From NCBI RefSeq assembly GCF_006345805.1, contig NW_021832532.1, forward strand, positions 62,001 to 126,000: a DNA stretch of 64,000 nucleotides. Reading direction: 5' to 3'. Shown here in pieces: positions 62,906 to 64,000 of this stretch; the first letter of the stretch is position 1; every line of letters starts with the position of its first letter. Origin of the DNA: Octopus sinensis (taxonomy: Eukaryota). Position numbers and translations under genes: made by a program. The notes beneath the pieces were generated by a model, which saw only the letters and a program-made list of their open reading frames with translations, was not told the origin of the DNA and ran no database searches.

Positions 62906-63250
62906 TGAAAATCTTTTTTCTCTACATTGTATACTTTATAGACAATAGTCTTTCCTTTAATTTAATTTTTTATTATCCATCTGGACTATTCCATTTCTGC
63001 ACGCTATTTTATTTTTAATTTATTACCATTCATGTGAAACCACTTATTCAAGTTCAAATCATTGATGCAATTTTATACCAATTGCTATTTTTACTTTTGT
63101 TATGTTACGATTATATTATACTTCAGTTTGATTTTAATTATTACTTACTACATATATTAAATTGGTATTATTATTTTCATTGTTAAAGTGAAAGTGTCTG
63201 ACATAAAATAGAGAAACATTTTGTTTCACTTTTAACATGTAATACTGATA

Positions 63251-63588
63251 TAGTGGAGAAGATATGATATTACTATGGGCTCGCTCTAGTCAAGAAGTTG
63301 AACATTTTTTTGCCCATGAAACTACATGGACCCTAAGTAAGGCATGTGTAAAATTTGAATGGAATTGATTGTGTAGTTCTCAAGTTTTAGGGAATCGTAG
63401 TGGAGAAGATATGATATTGCTGTAGGCTCGCCCTAGGCAAAAAGTTCAAAATGCTTTTGCTGATGACACTCCCCGGACCCTAAGTAAGGCATGTGTAAAA
63501 TTTGAATGAAATTGGTTGTGTAGTTCTCAAGTTTTAGGGAAACACACAGACAGACAGACACACATTGTCAGTTTTTTATATATAAAGA
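63251..63588 (-). mobile_element. Helitron-like element 5' part with two 147-bp tandem units
   Basis: The reverse complement starts A|TCtttatatataaaa like the 1210 element, followed by a (TCTG)n-type microsatellite. Tandem units begin at 63251 and 63398; the 3' end was not located. Confidence 0.55.
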
Positions 63589-63680
63589 TATATATATATA
63601 TATTATATATATATGTGTGTGTGTGAGTGTGTGTGTGTGTGTGTGTGGTGTGTGTGTGTGTGTGTGTGGTGTGTGTATGT
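63589..63680. repeat. (TA)n(TG)n microsatellite
   Basis: Direct inspection. Confidence 0.95.
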
Positions 63681-64000
63681 GTTATGATGTGGTTATACAC
63701 ATCTGGTGTGAAATGATAATATAAAAATAAATAGTTAGTTGTGGTTATCTTAAACTATCGCAGAAATATTCGTTAACACAGAATGCACTCTGTAAAACTT
63801 GAGCGTAGGTGTGATACTTGCTAGTCACTGTTAACTACCAACTGTTAAACCAACACGATCAAACTAACACTTGTCAAATACTACCTGACATTTCAATTAG
63901 TTCTTAATTATTGTTATAGATTAGTTCACCTTCTGTCATGTGGGTCTTTTCAGGTTTCTTCCATAACATTTCCCCTTTGATAGACTGCTTTGATGATGTA

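Overview
AT-rich, microsatellite-dense animal genomic DNA. It is most consistent with an octopus or other coleoid cephalopod, which I infer from the SINE and RTE repeat families. The window lies inside a large + strand cadherin-repeat gene that the ORF track misses. Three phase-0 exons (6390-6488, 27169-27254, 47099-47215) join into one continuous cadherin repeat; 27169-27254 is one base short of keeping frame. There are also two micro-exon candidates (1076-1108, 28757-28768). The ~5-20 kb introns are packed with retroelements: a chain of (TAA)n-associated R4/Dong LINEs, RTE and CR1/L2 LINEs, tRNA-derived SINEs, short Helitron-like elements, a mariner remnant and several long hairpins. The most unusual structure is 50990-62905 on the - strand, a head-to-tail array in which two-ORF Tx1-like LINEs alternate with diverged ORF1(gag)-only elements. 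All units share a ~50-nt 3' terminus and join at a common AC[C/A]TGGC motif. This looks like a site-specific helper/partner retrotransposon system, analogous to HAL1/L1 or HeT-A/TART. All family assignments come from motif recognition by eye; no database searches were run. Boundaries of degraded elements are approximate.
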